Of a DNA stretch of 64,000 nt, positions 18,616-28,898 are shown in pieces. Under the pieces are notes generated by a model that had not been told where the DNA came from, searched no databases, and saw nothing but the letters and a program-made list of their open reading frames with translations. Every line of letters starts with the position of its first letter. Position 1 is the stretch's first letter. The stretch spans positions 224,001-288,000 of the forward strand of contig CAXXGJ010000025.1 in assembly GCA_963677895.2 (NCBI GenBank), written 5' to 3'. The stretch is from Treponemataceae bacterium. GTDB lineage: Bacteria > Spirochaetota > Spirochaetia > Treponematales > Rectinemataceae. A program made the translations under genes and the position numbers.

Positions 18616-20004
18616 ATGCTTTTTTCGATCGGCAATCTTATCACCCTCGTCATCGTGCTGGTTTTTTTCGTCATATATCACAGGCTGACCGCCAATAACA
18701 GATCTCTCGAAAAGGTAAAGCGACTCTCCGAGAAACTCCAGAACGATCTCGGCGACTATGTCGAAACGAGGGCTGAAGAACTGAAGCACTATGGCATCGA
18801 TCTCGACGTTCAGCAGAAAGCCGCCAAGATAGCCCTTGAAAAGCTGCAGGCCGCCCAGTCCGCGGTGACCGAAAAGGCCGAAGCCATGGGCGCGATCGCC
18901 GACCGCTTCAAGGAATATGACGAGGTCCTCGCGAAACTCATGGAGATGACCGCCCGCGTGGATGAGAACCTCTCGCGCATCCATGAGGACGAGACCTTTG
19001 CCGAAGGCGTCAACAGGAAGCTCGACCTGGCCAAGAAAAGCTTGACGGCCATAGAACGCGAACTGCCTCTTTTAAGGGAAAGTTTCGCCCAGGATGCCCA
19101 ACGCACCATCGAGACGTTCAGGGATTCCATACTCAATGAACTTCAGGACGGGCTCGCCAATACGGCCGCCGAACTCAACGCGACGCGCGATGAGGCGATG
19201 GCCGCCTTCTCCCAGGCTCAGACCGCCCGGGCTCTCGTGGACGAAGAGCTGGAAAAGGCTCTTGTCACCGCGAAGGATAGAGCCTCCTCGGTCGAAGATA
19301 AGGCTTTTGCGACACTCAGCAATTCTTTCGATCAAAGATTGAAGGACCTGAGCCAGTCCACCGATGCCCAACTATCCCAGCTGGGGAAAGACACAGCCCA
19401 GCACGTCGGCGAACTGCGGTCGGCCATCGGCGAATTCAAGGAGAACTGGCGGAACGAGGCTCAGGCCATGCTCTCGGACATGACAGCCAAGCTCGGCGAG
19501 GCCGAGAATATTTTCGCGAAAAAGGCTACCGAGATCGCCGAGCTCCTAGATAGGTCTTCGGAACAGGCTAAAAAAGCCGAATCGGACTTCATCCTCGTCG
19601 CGGCAAAGAATAAAAAGGATGTCGACGCGACGCTGAATGAAATCAAGGGCCTCCAAGATTCCCTGAGAGCCTCGATGGAGACGACGAAGACAAGGATAGA
19701 GGAAGAATTCGCGGGATTCGGACAGGCATTCGAAGATCATCGGACTCGTTTCGAGGAGAACTTCGCCGCCGAAACCTCGGCGCTGGGTGGCTCTCTCGTT
19801 AAGCTTGGGAAGGATATAGAAACGCTGAAGGCTTCGGCCTACGACAACACGGAACGGAAACTCGAAGGCTTCGAGGACGAACTCCTCTCCGAACTCTCAA
19901 ACAGGAAAAGCCAGACATTCAAGCAGCTGGACGCCTGGCTCAACGAAATGGAAAAGACCATATCGGGTATCGCCGAGGAAGCGGGAACCAGAAAGAAAGC
20001 CTAG
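18616..20004 (+). CDS. Membrane-anchored coiled-coil protein, SpiroCoCo-like
   Basis: N-terminal TM then [39 protein letters not shown], followed by continuous heptad-rich helix. Confidence 0.75.
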   Translation: MLFSIGNLITLVIVLVFFVIYHRLTANNRSLEKVKRLSEKLQNDLGDYVETRAEELKHYGIDLDVQQKAAKIALEKLQAAQSAVTEKAEAMGAIADRFKEYDEVLAKLMEMTARVDENLSRIHEDETFAEGVNRKLDLAKKSLTAIERELPLLRESFAQDAQRTIETFRDSILNELQDGLANTAAELNATRDEAMAAFSQAQTARALVDEELEKALVTAKDRASSVEDKAFATLSNSFDQRLKDLSQSTDAQLSQLGKDTAQHVGELRSAIGEFKENWRNEAQAMLSDMTAKLGEAENIFAKKATEIAELLDRSSEQAKKAESDFILVAAKNKKDVDATLNEIKGLQDSLRASMETTKTRIEEEFAGFGQAFEDHRTRFEENFAAETSALGGSLVKLGKDIETLKASAYDNTERKLEGFEDELLSELSNRKSQTFKQLDAWLNEMEKTISGIAEEAGTRKKA

Positions 20005-20705
20005 CGGACGATGCCCTTCAGCGCGGTTTCAACCATCGCGCTGAAAGAAGTCTGCCTTTCCTCCGAACTCGTCATCTCTCCGGTCAACAGATGATCGGAT
20101 ACCGTCAAAATCGCCAGAGCCTGGACGTCATACTTGGCCGCGAGCGTGTAAAGCTCCGCGGTTTCCATCTCCACGCCGACGACGCCGAATTTAGCCCATA
20201 GCTTCCACTGTTCCGGATTTTCCGAATAGAAGGAATCGGAGGAGAGGACGGAGCCCACGAAGGGAGAATAACCCGATTCGCGCGCGGCCTCGTAGGCGTT
20301 CATGAGGAGCGGGAAGGATGCGGTCGGGGCATAATCCATGCCGTTGAAGCGTACCTTGTTGACGGCGGAATCGGTCGAGGCGCTCATGGCGAGGATGGTG
20401 TCGCGGATTTTGATCTCTTTGCGCATCGCGCCGCAAGTGCCTACGCGGATGAGCTTCTTTACGCCATAATCCCTGATGAGTTCGTTGACATAAATGGAAA
20501 GGCTGGGCATGCCCATACCGGTACCCATCACGGATACCCGTACCCCCTGAAATGTCCCCGTAAATCCGAACATATTGCGTACTTCATTGAAGCGTTCGGC
20601 TCCTTCAAGAAAATTCTCCGCGATGAATTTCGCTCTCAGAGGGTCTCCCGGGAGAAGTATGCGATCGGCGATCTGCCCTGGTTTCGCGGCGATATGAATG
20701 CTCAT
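20001..20705 (-). CDS. deoD: Purine nucleoside phosphorylase (hexameric)
   Basis: [49 protein letters not shown]. Confidence 0.97.
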   Translation of the reverse strand: MSIHIAAKPGQIADRILLPGDPLRAKFIAENFLEGAERFNEVRNMFGFTGTFQGVRVSVMGTGMGMPSLSIYVNELIRDYGVKKLIRVGTCGAMRKEIKIRDTILAMSASTDSAVNKVRFNGMDYAPTASFPLLMNAYEAARESGYSPFVGSVLSSDSFYSENPEQWKLWAKFGVVGVEMETAELYTLAAKYDVQALAILTVSDHLLTGEMTSSEERQTSFSAMVETALKGIVR

Positions 20706-20784
20706 GCTATCCTTCCTTATACGTCAACTTTATGGTAGGATAGTAACTATAATATAGAAGAATGTGCAAGTGCGTGAAGGAATA

Positions 20785-21591
20785 ATGAAAACGCAGACCA
20801 AGGAGAAAGAGTTGAATCCATACGAAATTCTGTTCGAGGACGACGATATTCTCGTCGCGAATAAATTTGCCCCGCTGCCAGTCCTCCAGGACAAATCCGG
20901 CGACGAGGATCTTCAATCCCTCATCAAGAAAGACCATCCCGAAGGCAATACCTTCCTGGAAGCCGCCCACAGAATCGATAGAAGGACCTCGGGAATTGTC
21001 GTCTTCGCCAAAAACACGGCGGCCTTGAGAAAACTCGAAGAAGCCTTCAGGGACAGGGAAGTCCACAAAACCTATGTAGCCTGCCTCGAAAAGGAACCGC
21101 TTCCCCCCGAGGGTCAGCTGAAACACATGATCGTCACCGATCCGAAACGCAATCTATCCATAGCCCGACCAATCGAGTCGACTTCGAGCGCCAAAGCAGG
21201 TCTCGCCAGGAAGGCAGATCTCGCCACAAAGGATGGCCCCGCCATAAAAGGGCAGAGCGCCGTCTATGCCGAACTCTCCTATAAACTTCTCATGAAAACT
21301 GAACGCTACTTCTTCGTGGAAGCCAAGCCCATCACGGGCAGGCACCATCAGATTCGCGCCCAATTCGCGGCCATGGGCTGGCCGATCAAGGGCGACCTCA
21401 AATACGGCGCGAGAAGAAGCTCCCAATCGGGCAGAATCATGCTCCATGGCTGGCGCATAGAGTTCGAACATCCGCGCACCCGCGAAGCCCTCTCCTATAC
21501 GGCGGCCTTTCCGACCGACGAGACATTGTGGAATGTCTTCGCCGATTTTATCGCATCCCCAGAAAAGACCGCCGAGACTTCTATCGACTGA
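20785..21591 (+). CDS. RluA-family pseudouridine synthase
   Basis: VANK, HRIDRRTSG catalytic motif, TGRHHQIRAQ, PIKGDLKYG, MLHG. Confidence 0.92.
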   Translation: MKTQTKEKELNPYEILFEDDDILVANKFAPLPVLQDKSGDEDLQSLIKKDHPEGNTFLEAAHRIDRRTSGIVVFAKNTAALRKLEEAFRDREVHKTYVACLEKEPLPPEGQLKHMIVTDPKRNLSIARPIESTSSAKAGLARKADLATKDGPAIKGQSAVYAELSYKLLMKTERYFFVEAKPITGRHHQIRAQFAAMGWPIKGDLKYGARRSSQSGRIMLHGWRIEFEHPRTREALSYTAAFPTDETLWNVFADFIASPEKTAETSID

Positions 21592-22540
21592 AATCCTTCG
21601 ATTCGGACAGCGCATAGGCGAGGACAGGCTTGATATTCCGGGATTCCCCAAGCACCAGGCCGATGAGGACGAGATTCTGCAATCCCTTATCGCTCGCCAA
21701 AGTATCTTTCAGTCCGGAAATGTAGACCTCGTTGATCGGGACAATGCCATCGGTCCTGAACCTATAATCGTTCTTGCCGTCGACCCAGAGTTCTATCGTC
21801 GTCGCTTCGGCCCCTGTCGTATCCTGGGTTTCCCGTTCGGTGTAGACGATTCTCCCCTTCTTCGGAACAGCATAGAGCCCTTCGGCTTCCACGAAATCGC
21901 CTTGAGATACGATGCATTTCATGTCTTCCTTTTTTCCGGTCAGTCTGTATTCTTCCTTATGGTTTCCGGAAGAGGAAGCGAAAATCAGTCTCCCGTCGGA
22001 TTGGAGGGACACGGTTCCCTCGCCCCTTCCCTTCAATTCCATCCGATCAGGAGAGAGGACGACGGTCGAAAGCTCCGTGGATTCCTTCCCCGCCGACTCG
22101 AATATCTGTATCTCATTGCCAGCATAGCTGAATGAGTAGCGAGCCACGGAGGTCTCCCCATCCACGCGCCGCTCATTCAATGTCACTCCATCGATCCACC
22201 CGCCGGGAAGAAAGGTGAATCGATAGATGAAGGTATCAGCTCCGTAGGATTCGACATACCCGAAGCGCGTCTCTCGATAGACGATGAGGAGCCCCTCGGA
22301 TCCCTTTTCTATAGCGGGAATCGTCAACGCGGCCTCGACCTTGGGGGCATCGGAATCGGAAACGGGGGAAAGGGTAGTCGCGGATGCCGCGAGTCCCGCC
22401 TTGCCGCCCCCCTTCGAGACGGACGCGTTTCCCCCTTTACAGGAAACAAGAAGCGCAAGCCCGGCAACCAGAAGAAACACCCCAATTCCACGTTTTCCAA
22501 CTTTATTGGAAATTAGCGTTCCGCTATTTTCAAAAAACAT
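21581..22540 (-). CDS. Hypothetical lipoprotein
   Basis: LLVAGLALLVSC lipobox, Gly/Ala/Ser tether, beta-rich mature part; SD AGGAG. Confidence 0.7.
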   Translation of the reverse strand: MFFENSGTLISNKVGKRGIGVFLLVAGLALLVSCKGGNASVSKGGGKAGLAASATTLSPVSDSDAPKVEAALTIPAIEKGSEGLLIVYRETRFGYVESYGADTFIYRFTFLPGGWIDGVTLNERRVDGETSVARYSFSYAGNEIQIFESAGKESTELSTVVLSPDRMELKGRGEGTVSLQSDGRLIFASSSGNHKEEYRLTGKKEDMKCIVSQGDFVEAEGLYAVPKKGRIVYTERETQDTTGAEATTIELWVDGKNDYRFRTDGIVPINEVYISGLKDTLASDKGLQNLVLIGLVLGESRNIKPVLAYALSESKDFSR

Positions 22541-22555
22541 CTTGAATCTCCTGTT

Positions 22556-22587
22556 GGTCGTCGGGAAAGCAAGCTTTCCCGACGACC
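22556..22587. repeat. Perfect 15-bp intergenic inverted repeat
   Basis: GGTCGTCGGGAAAGC-aa-GCTTTCCCGACGACC; no T tract on either side. Confidence 0.85.
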
Positions 22588-22612
22588 GCCTTCCAAATCC
22601 TAAACGCTTTTA

Positions 22613-23386
22613 CTAGTCCTGCCCTCGTCTGCCCTGTCTTCCCCGAACGCGGATTGTCTGGACAGCCTGCTTGTTTTCCGCCTTATCTTTCTTCAGTGTT
22701 CCCGCGAGTCTCACGACATCATCCTGGCGCGCGACTAGGCATCCATAGGACTTCGAGTACTCGAACGGCGTCGTGTTCGCGTGAATGGCATAGCCCGTAT
22801 CCTCCTGGAGTCCCAGATATGCTATGCCATTCTCGGTCGAGCCGGTACCGTATACGTCGACCTTCCCCACCGCGCCGGTATTGATCATGTACGGGCCATA
22901 CTTGCCTTCCTTCTCCTTGACCTCGGTGACGAGCCAGTTCCCCTCGGGGAAGGGGCTGGCGCTCGACTTCAGTTCGCCGGCCGCTTTCAGGCGCTGCCGA
23001 GATTTGGCCGTGCCCATGAAGGTGGCTTCGCAAGTCTCCTTGACGCGGTTGTGAACCTCGATTTCGTACACTTCCTTGGGAGGGATCCTCCCCAGCCTCG
23101 CCTCATATTCATTGTCGATGACGTTAACGGTGAGCCTGGTCCTCTCGGCGTTGAGGACCATCCTGACATCACCGCCATAAATGAAGTCGCATTCTTCCAT
23201 GTCGAGAAGAATGAATGCCGGCAAACCGGCCGGAACCGCATCCGGCAAGGCCCAGGCGGAGGCTCCGCCCCGATCCTCGACGGATACGGATCGCGCGGAT
23301 GCGTTTCCCACCCCGATGGCGAGTATAAACCCGCCAAGCAGGGGGATGATGATGCGTTTCAAACGCGTGTGGTTATGTATGTGCAT
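22613..23386 (-). CDS. Exported protein with an L,D-transpeptidase-like (YkuD/Tlde1) catalytic motif
   Basis: Sec signal; PFPEGNW; YAIHANTTPFEYSKSYGCL (H-x10-SxGC); strong SD GAGGAGG. Confidence 0.6.
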   Translation of the reverse strand: MHIHNHTRLKRIIIPLLGGFILAIGVGNASARSVSVEDRGGASAWALPDAVPAGLPAFILLDMEECDFIYGGDVRMVLNAERTRLTVNVIDNEYEARLGRIPPKEVYEIEVHNRVKETCEATFMGTAKSRQRLKAAGELKSSASPFPEGNWLVTEVKEKEGKYGPYMINTGAVGKVDVYGTGSTENGIAYLGLQEDTGYAIHANTTPFEYSKSYGCLVARQDDVVRLAGTLKKDKAENKQAVQTIRVRGRQGRRGQD

Positions 23387-23512
23387 AGTCTACCTCCTCA
23401 TTCATGTCACGCGCGCGGAGGGAGGCAATAATTCAAAATACGAGAATTTTTTCCGATTATTCCGGCGATGGATGGGGAAAATGCTATTTCACGAAGGCCA
23501 GGCCACGCCCGA

Positions 23513-24286
23513 TCAAAAAACCGGCTTTACGCCCTGGCTCATGGCCGGCACCTTGAAGTTGACCATCGACCACTGGATGAAGGCGGGGTCGCCTTCGCCC
23601 GTGGGTTCCATATCCAGCTGCGAGATGCCGCAGTTGGACGTCGGCATGAGGGGCAGCCAGCTTTTCGCGCCAAAGGTGGATCGGATGAGCCACTGAATGA
23701 CGCCGCCGTGCGACACGCATACGATGGTTTTCGCTCCCCGCTCCGCCAATTCCCTCATCCTCACCCAGGAGGCTACAGCCCTGGAATACATGCTTCGCGA
23801 ATGTTCGGCGTCGGGCACCGCGTCCCAGCTGCTGTACTGGAATTTTCTATATACTTCGGGATGCTCCAGGCGCGCGGCTTCAATATTCACGCCGGTGAAG
23901 AGGCCCACATCCACCTCGACAAGAGAGGGGAGAAAAATCGGTTCGCCTAATCCGCAGGCTTGCGCGATGATGGAGGCGGTGGTCGACGCGCGTTTCTGAG
24001 GACTTGAGACGATGGCGTCGACCGGCTTTTCGGCCAGCCATGCGGCCGCCGTCCCGGCCTGCTCCAGGCCCTTCGAGTCCAGAGGGTAGTCGAGCCGGCC
24101 CTGGAACGTGAAGCTCGCGTTTCCCTCGGTCTGGCCATGCCGAATTATATAGAAGGTGGTAGCGTGCCGAAGGGAGGCGAAGAAATTCCCGTCCACGATG
24201 ACATCGGAAAAGGCGGCGGGATCGCTCCCGCCGCCTTCCCATGAAGCACTGTCGTCCCAGCCGGACAACTCGATCCGCGGATACAT
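23513..24286 (-). CDS. Histidine phosphatase family protein
   Basis: IIRHGQTEGN, SSPQKRA, LVEVDVG, VSHGG; real start MYPRIE overlaps the permease stop (TAATG). Confidence 0.9.
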   Translation of the reverse strand: MYPRIELSGWDDSASWEGGGSDPAAFSDVIVDGNFFASLRHATTFYIIRHGQTEGNASFTFQGRLDYPLDSKGLEQAGTAAAWLAEKPVDAIVSSPQKRASTTASIIAQACGLGEPIFLPSLVEVDVGLFTGVNIEAARLEHPEVYRKFQYSSWDAVPDAEHSRSMYSRAVASWVRMRELAERGAKTIVCVSHGGVIQWLIRSTFGAKSWLPLMPTSNCGISQLDMEPTGEGDPAFIQWSMVNFKVPAMSQGVKPVF

Positions 24287-25947
24287 TATGAAGCTATGAA
24301 GGTATCGCTGCCGCGGTTGAAATACTTGTTGACGATGAACATCGACACGCCCGTCACCACGAGAAGAATCGTCGACATGGCGCTCGCCGTGCCGAAATAA
24401 CCATCCGCGACGGAGAGGTAGATCTTGATCGGCATCGTCATCGTCTTGCCCACATAGAGGAGGAGCGAGGCGGAAAGTTCGTTCATCGAGGTAACCCAAC
24501 TCATGATGGCGCCAGAAATTATGCCCGACTTCATCAGCGGGAGTGTAATCGTCCTGAAGGTGCGGCCCGGGGAGGAGCCCAGGTTGATGCCGGCTTCCTC
24601 CAGGGCAGGGTCTATCTGCTTCAGTATCGAAGCGGCTGATCGCACCGAATAGGGAAGACGCCTTATGAAATAGGTCAGGATGATGATCGTCGCCGTTCCC
24701 GCCAGGTAAATCGGCTTTCTGTTGAAAGCAACGATGAAGCCGATGCCGAGCACCGTGCCCGGCACGATGTAGGGAATCATGAGGAGAGGATCGAGAACCT
24801 TGACCGCCAGATTGCGCTTGCGCGCGATGACGAAGCCGATGAGGGTTCCCACGACGGCGATGAGCACGACGGCGATGAGCGAATAGACGAAGCTGTTGAT
24901 GACGGTCTTGGCGACGTCGTAGAAAATCTGCCTGTAACTGTCGAAACCGAATCCCGGCTTGAAGACGGGACCGCTCGTGTTCCTGAAGGAGTAGAACACG
25001 ATGACGCCAAGAGGCAGCATCGACAAGCCCACGATGAAATAGCAGAGGGCGTGGGCCAGAAAGGACTTCGCGCCCTTGAGCTTCTTCACGATTGGTCGGT
25101 TGACGAGCATGGATGCGTATTTTCGCCGCGAGGAAGCCCATGTCTGGAGCACTATGACGACCGCGGCGCACATCATCAGGACAATGGCGACGGTTGAGGC
25201 CATGCCCGGACTTTCGCTTACCTCGCTTGTGAACCTTTCGTAGGCCACGGTGGCGAGGACGCGGTAATTGCCGCCGATTATCGCCGGCGTACCGAAGTTC
25301 GAAAGGGACATCATGAAGACGATGAGGGCTCCTCCCGTGAGCGAAGGCAGAACGAGCGGAAGCGTCACCGAAAAGAACGTCTTCAGCGATCGGGCCCCGA
25401 GGTTCTCCGAGGCTTCCTCGAGGGACCTGTCTATGGTCATGAGGGAACCGGCGAGCATCAGGGAGATGAAGGGATAATACTGCAGGGTATCGGCGAGGAT
25501 GATGCCGCCCGCCCCGTAGATCGGCGGGAGCTTGATGCCGATGGATACGAGCAGATTCCGTAGGAAGCCGTTGTTGCCCAGCATCGTGATCCACGAATAG
25601 GCGCCGATAAAGGTGGGAGAGAGGAGCGCGAGTACGGACAAGGTCGTCAGAAGGGTCGTGCCGCGTATTTTATACCGGGTGGTGAAGAATCCGAGAGGGA
25701 TGCCCAGCAAGGCCGCGAAAAAGGTAGTGGCCAGCGCGACGAACATCGAATGGCCGAAAGCCTTGATGTAGTAAGCCCTGGAGAAGAACTCCTTCCAGTT
25801 GGAGAGGGAAGCCTTCCCTGTTTCCTTGTCGAGGAAACTATATTTGAATACATCGAAGAGCGGATAGATGAGGAAAACAATCACGATCGCGAAACCTGCG
25901 AAGGTAACGAAAGCCCAAATATCGGCCCTTTTCTTGCCTAACGTCAT
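24286..25947 (-). CDS. ABC permease, FbpB/AfuB type (two fused TM domains)
   Basis: Two EAA loops (LEEASENLGA, LEEAGINLGS); about 12 TM helices. Confidence 0.92.
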   Translation of the reverse strand: MTLGKKRADIWAFVTFAGFAIVIVFLIYPLFDVFKYSFLDKETGKASLSNWKEFFSRAYYIKAFGHSMFVALATTFFAALLGIPLGFFTTRYKIRGTTLLTTLSVLALLSPTFIGAYSWITMLGNNGFLRNLLVSIGIKLPPIYGAGGIILADTLQYYPFISLMLAGSLMTIDRSLEEASENLGARSLKTFFSVTLPLVLPSLTGGALIVFMMSLSNFGTPAIIGGNYRVLATVAYERFTSEVSESPGMASTVAIVLMMCAAVVIVLQTWASSRRKYASMLVNRPIVKKLKGAKSFLAHALCYFIVGLSMLPLGVIVFYSFRNTSGPVFKPGFGFDSYRQIFYDVAKTVINSFVYSLIAVVLIAVVGTLIGFVIARKRNLAVKVLDPLLMIPYIVPGTVLGIGFIVAFNRKPIYLAGTATIIILTYFIRRLPYSVRSAASILKQIDPALEEAGINLGSSPGRTFRTITLPLMKSGIISGAIMSWVTSMNELSASLLLYVGKTMTMPIKIYLSVADGYFGTASAMSTILLVVTGVSMFIVNKYFNRGSDTFIAS

Positions 25948-27047
25948 TGCTTGCTCCCGCCGCCCAGGCGACGGCCCGACTTCTTCTCGAAGAGCAGGCA
26001 GGCATCGGGCGGAACAGCGAACTCGACCATTTCGCCTACGTTGGGGATATCTGCCTTCTTGGGCCTATGGCGCTCGATCACGATATTCTGACCCTGCAGG
26101 TTGATTTCCATGCTGGCGACGGTGCCGAGGAAGGAAGCGGCCGCGAGCGGTCCCTCGAGACGGTTGGCGCGGGCTTCGTCGCTCGTCGTCTCGACGACAT
26201 CTTCAGGACGGAAAGCGAGGACAGCCTCGGTACAGCCTTCGGTGCCGGCCGCCGGCACGGTGAAGGTCACGGCGCCTGCTACGGCTTTTCTCATGCCGTT
26301 CGGCAGGGCTTCGCCAAGCGTAACATCCATCGCGTTGATCTTGCCCACGAAAGTGGCCACGAAGAGATTCACCGGGTCCTTGTAGATATCCCAGGGCGCG
26401 CCCACCTGCTGGATCTTGCCGAAGTTGACGACGGCGATGCGGTCGGAAATGACGAGGGCTTCCTCCTGATCGTGTGTGACATAGACAGCCGTTATTCCGA
26501 GCGCTTTCTGGACCGAGCGGATCTCGTCCCTCATCTCGACGCGCAGCTTGGCGTCCAGGTTGGAAAGCGGCTCGTCGAAGAGGAGGACCCTCGGCTCGAT
26601 GGCCATGGCTCGGGCGAGGCCCACACGCTGCTGCTGGCCGCCCGAAAGCTTGTCCGGAGTCCTGGACTCGTAGCCCTCGAGGTGGACATTCTTGAGCGCA
26701 TTCGTCACCTTTACCTCGATCTCCTTGGCGGGGATTTTCCTCACCTTGAGACCATAGGCGACATTCTCGAACACCGTCATGTGGGGAAATACCGCGTAGT
26801 TCTGGAACACCATGCCCGTGTTGCGTTTATACGCAGGTACGTCGTTGATGAGCTCGTCGCCGAGCCAGATATCGCCTTTGTCCTGGCGGTAAAAACCGGC
26901 TATCGTCCGCAGAAGGGTTGTCTTGCCGCAACCCGACGGCCCGAGAAGGGTGAAGAATTCCCCCTTCCGGATGTCGAGATTGATATCCGAAAGAGCGACC
27001 AGGTCGCCGAATCGTTTTTCCACGCCGGAAATTTTTATAGAAGTCAT
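25944..27047 (-). CDS. ABC ATP-binding protein, FbpC/PotA type
   Basis: GPSGCGKTT, LSGGQQQR, LLFDEPLSNLD, YVTHDQEEA, C-terminal TOBE-like region. Confidence 0.95.
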   Translation of the reverse strand: MTSIKISGVEKRFGDLVALSDINLDIRKGEFFTLLGPSGCGKTTLLRTIAGFYRQDKGDIWLGDELINDVPAYKRNTGMVFQNYAVFPHMTVFENVAYGLKVRKIPAKEIEVKVTNALKNVHLEGYESRTPDKLSGGQQQRVGLARAMAIEPRVLLFDEPLSNLDAKLRVEMRDEIRSVQKALGITAVYVTHDQEEALVISDRIAVVNFGKIQQVGAPWDIYKDPVNLFVATFVGKINAMDVTLGEALPNGMRKAVAGAVTFTVPAAGTEGCTEAVLAFRPEDVVETTSDEARANRLEGPLAAASFLGTVASMEINLQGQNIVIERHRPKKADIPNVGEMVEFAVPPDACLLFEKKSGRRLGGGSKQ

Positions 27048-27092
27048 TAAAAACCCCATGATTGAGAATTGGGAGATATGCTCTATTATGAG

Positions 27093-27128
27093 AAAAGCCC
27101 GGGGTCTGTGCAAGACTCCCGGGCTTTT
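27093..27128. terminator. Intra-operon hairpin after the substrate-binding protein gene
   Basis: AAAAGCCCGGGGTCT..AGACTCCCGGGCTTTT with T runs on both strands. Confidence 0.7.
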
Positions 27129-27145
27129 ACCTTCAAAAAGAGATA

Positions 27146-28123
27146 TTACAGGCCGAGGTCCATCGCCAGCTCGCCGAATTTCTTGTTGTATTCGGCTTTA
27201 TTCTTGGAAGCCCAGGCAAAGTCGTAGGAAAGGGCCTTTATTTCGGTCATCGCGGGAAGTCCCTTGGGGCTCGCGACGTCGATGCGCACAGGTCTGCGCG
27301 CCATTTCCTTCACCAGGATTTCCTGCACCGGTTTGGATAGACACCAGTCGATGAAGATCTTGGCGTTCGCCAGGTTCGGGGCGCCCTTGAGAATGGCCAT
27401 CCCGTCGGCTGGCGCTACCGTTCCGTCTTCCGGATACACGATCGCCACCGGACCGCCGCCCTGCACGAAGCGGAACGCGTTGTCCTCAAGCGTGATTCCC
27501 ACCGCCTGCTCGCCGTCGTTGACAAACTTGGGCACGGCGCCGGAGGACGTGGAGATCACCATGTTCTTCATAATCCCGCCGTAGACTTCCCAGCCCTTTT
27601 TGTCGCCATAGATCAGCATCACGTTAGCCAGCTGCATGTAGGAGGAGCCTGACTTGTCGGCGCGCGCCGAGGAGATGGATTTCTTGAAACGGGCATCGGT
27701 CAGATCGGTCCACTTGTGGGGGTACTGTTCCGGCTTCAGCATCTTGGTATTGACGATGAACACGTTCATGATGCCGGTGTAGGCAAGCCAGTTGGTGCCG
27801 ACCTTGTACGCGGGAGCGATCTTGTCCCAATCCTTGGGCTTGTACGCTTGCAGGATCTGATTGTCGCCTTCCAGCTGCTCGCCGCCGATGGACCAGATCA
27901 CATCGGCCTGGGGGTTGGCCGCTTCGGCCTTCGCCCTCTTCATGACGTCGCCCGAGGCGAGCTTGACGTAATTCACCTTGATCCCGGTTTCCTTCTCGAA
28001 CATCGGTACCAGGGCGTTGATGATGGATTCCTCATGGGCAGTGTAGACCACTACCTCGTTGGAAGCCGCGAAGGCGGAAAAAGCTAGAAGGGCGCAGAGC
28101 GCCACGAGAACGAATCTCTTCAT
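27146..28123 (-). CDS. ABC substrate-binding protein, FbpA/AfuA-like
   Basis: Signal peptide; VVVYTA, FEKETGIKVN, AEAANPQADV, YPEDGT..DGMAILKGAPN..AKIFIDW. Confidence 0.9.
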   Translation of the reverse strand: MKRFVLVALCALLAFSAFAASNEVVVYTAHEESIINALVPMFEKETGIKVNYVKLASGDVMKRAKAEAANPQADVIWSIGGEQLEGDNQILQAYKPKDWDKIAPAYKVGTNWLAYTGIMNVFIVNTKMLKPEQYPHKWTDLTDARFKKSISSARADKSGSSYMQLANVMLIYGDKKGWEVYGGIMKNMVISTSSGAVPKFVNDGEQAVGITLEDNAFRFVQGGGPVAIVYPEDGTVAPADGMAILKGAPNLANAKIFIDWCLSKPVQEILVKEMARRPVRIDVASPKGLPAMTEIKALSYDFAWASKNKAEYNKKFGELAMDLGL

Positions 28124-28186
28124 AGAAACCTCCATAACATTGGATCATATGGCGCCGATGACGGCGCCGCTAAAAACCTTGCTCTT

Positions 28187-28795
28187 CTATTTTAACATAT
28201 TTTCCACGATATGGGAGAGATTATGCTCATTTTTATCATAACAAAATGAGCCGAAACCGAGCGACGAGGCCGCGTCGCAGTATGCGCGCACGTCGTCGAT
28301 GTAGAGACAGTCGCCGGCCTCGAGTCCCGAATACTCGAGAAGCTTCATCCAGATCCTCGGATCGGGCTTCATGAAGCCTACTTTATAGGAAAGTATATGG
28401 AGCTCGGGAACCGAGGCCAGAATTTCATTGTTGAATATCATGCGGGCGTGGAGCCAGGAAGTGTTCGAGAGGACGAAGGTTCTGGCGCCGAGTTCCCTTG
28501 CCCTGATGAGTGCAGACTCGCCGTCGGGATTGGGGAGGATGATCTTCAGGTAATCCTCGACGAAACGCTCGAAGCCGTAGCCGGCATTCAGGCCCGTCGC
28601 TTCTCCGATCCGCCCGAAGTAGGCGCGTGAATCCAGAACTCCGGTTTCATGTTCATGCTCGAGGCTCCCATCCCAGACCGCGCGATCGAATTCCTCGGCC
28701 GAAAGACGGGAATGGGCCGACGCGGCGCGCGCGAAAGCCATCCTGTCCAGCCCGCAGAGGACGTTGCCAAAATCGAAAACCACGGCTTTATACAT
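28187..28795 (-). CDS. HAD-family phosphatase (YihX-like)
   Basis: VVFDFGNVL, LSNT, KPDPRI, YIDD motifs. Confidence 0.88.
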   Translation of the reverse strand: MYKAVVFDFGNVLCGLDRMAFARAASAHSRLSAEEFDRAVWDGSLEHEHETGVLDSRAYFGRIGEATGLNAGYGFERFVEDYLKIILPNPDGESALIRARELGARTFVLSNTSWLHARMIFNNEILASVPELHILSYKVGFMKPDPRIWMKLLEYSGLEAGDCLYIDDVRAYCDAASSLGFGSFCYDKNEHNLSHIVENMLK

Positions 28796-28898
28796 CGCTT
28801 CCCCTTTTTCAAAAACCGGGCAAGGCGGCCGCAAGGACGCCTCCGCTTTTTCGGTTCAGCCCATTCCATAGGGCCGCTTTTTCATCGTACTATAAGGC

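Noticed and set aside
24287..25594. N-terminal extension making the histidine phosphatase a 693-aa protein
   Set aside because: Arg/His-rich off-frame reading of the permease gene; the real start is at 24286.
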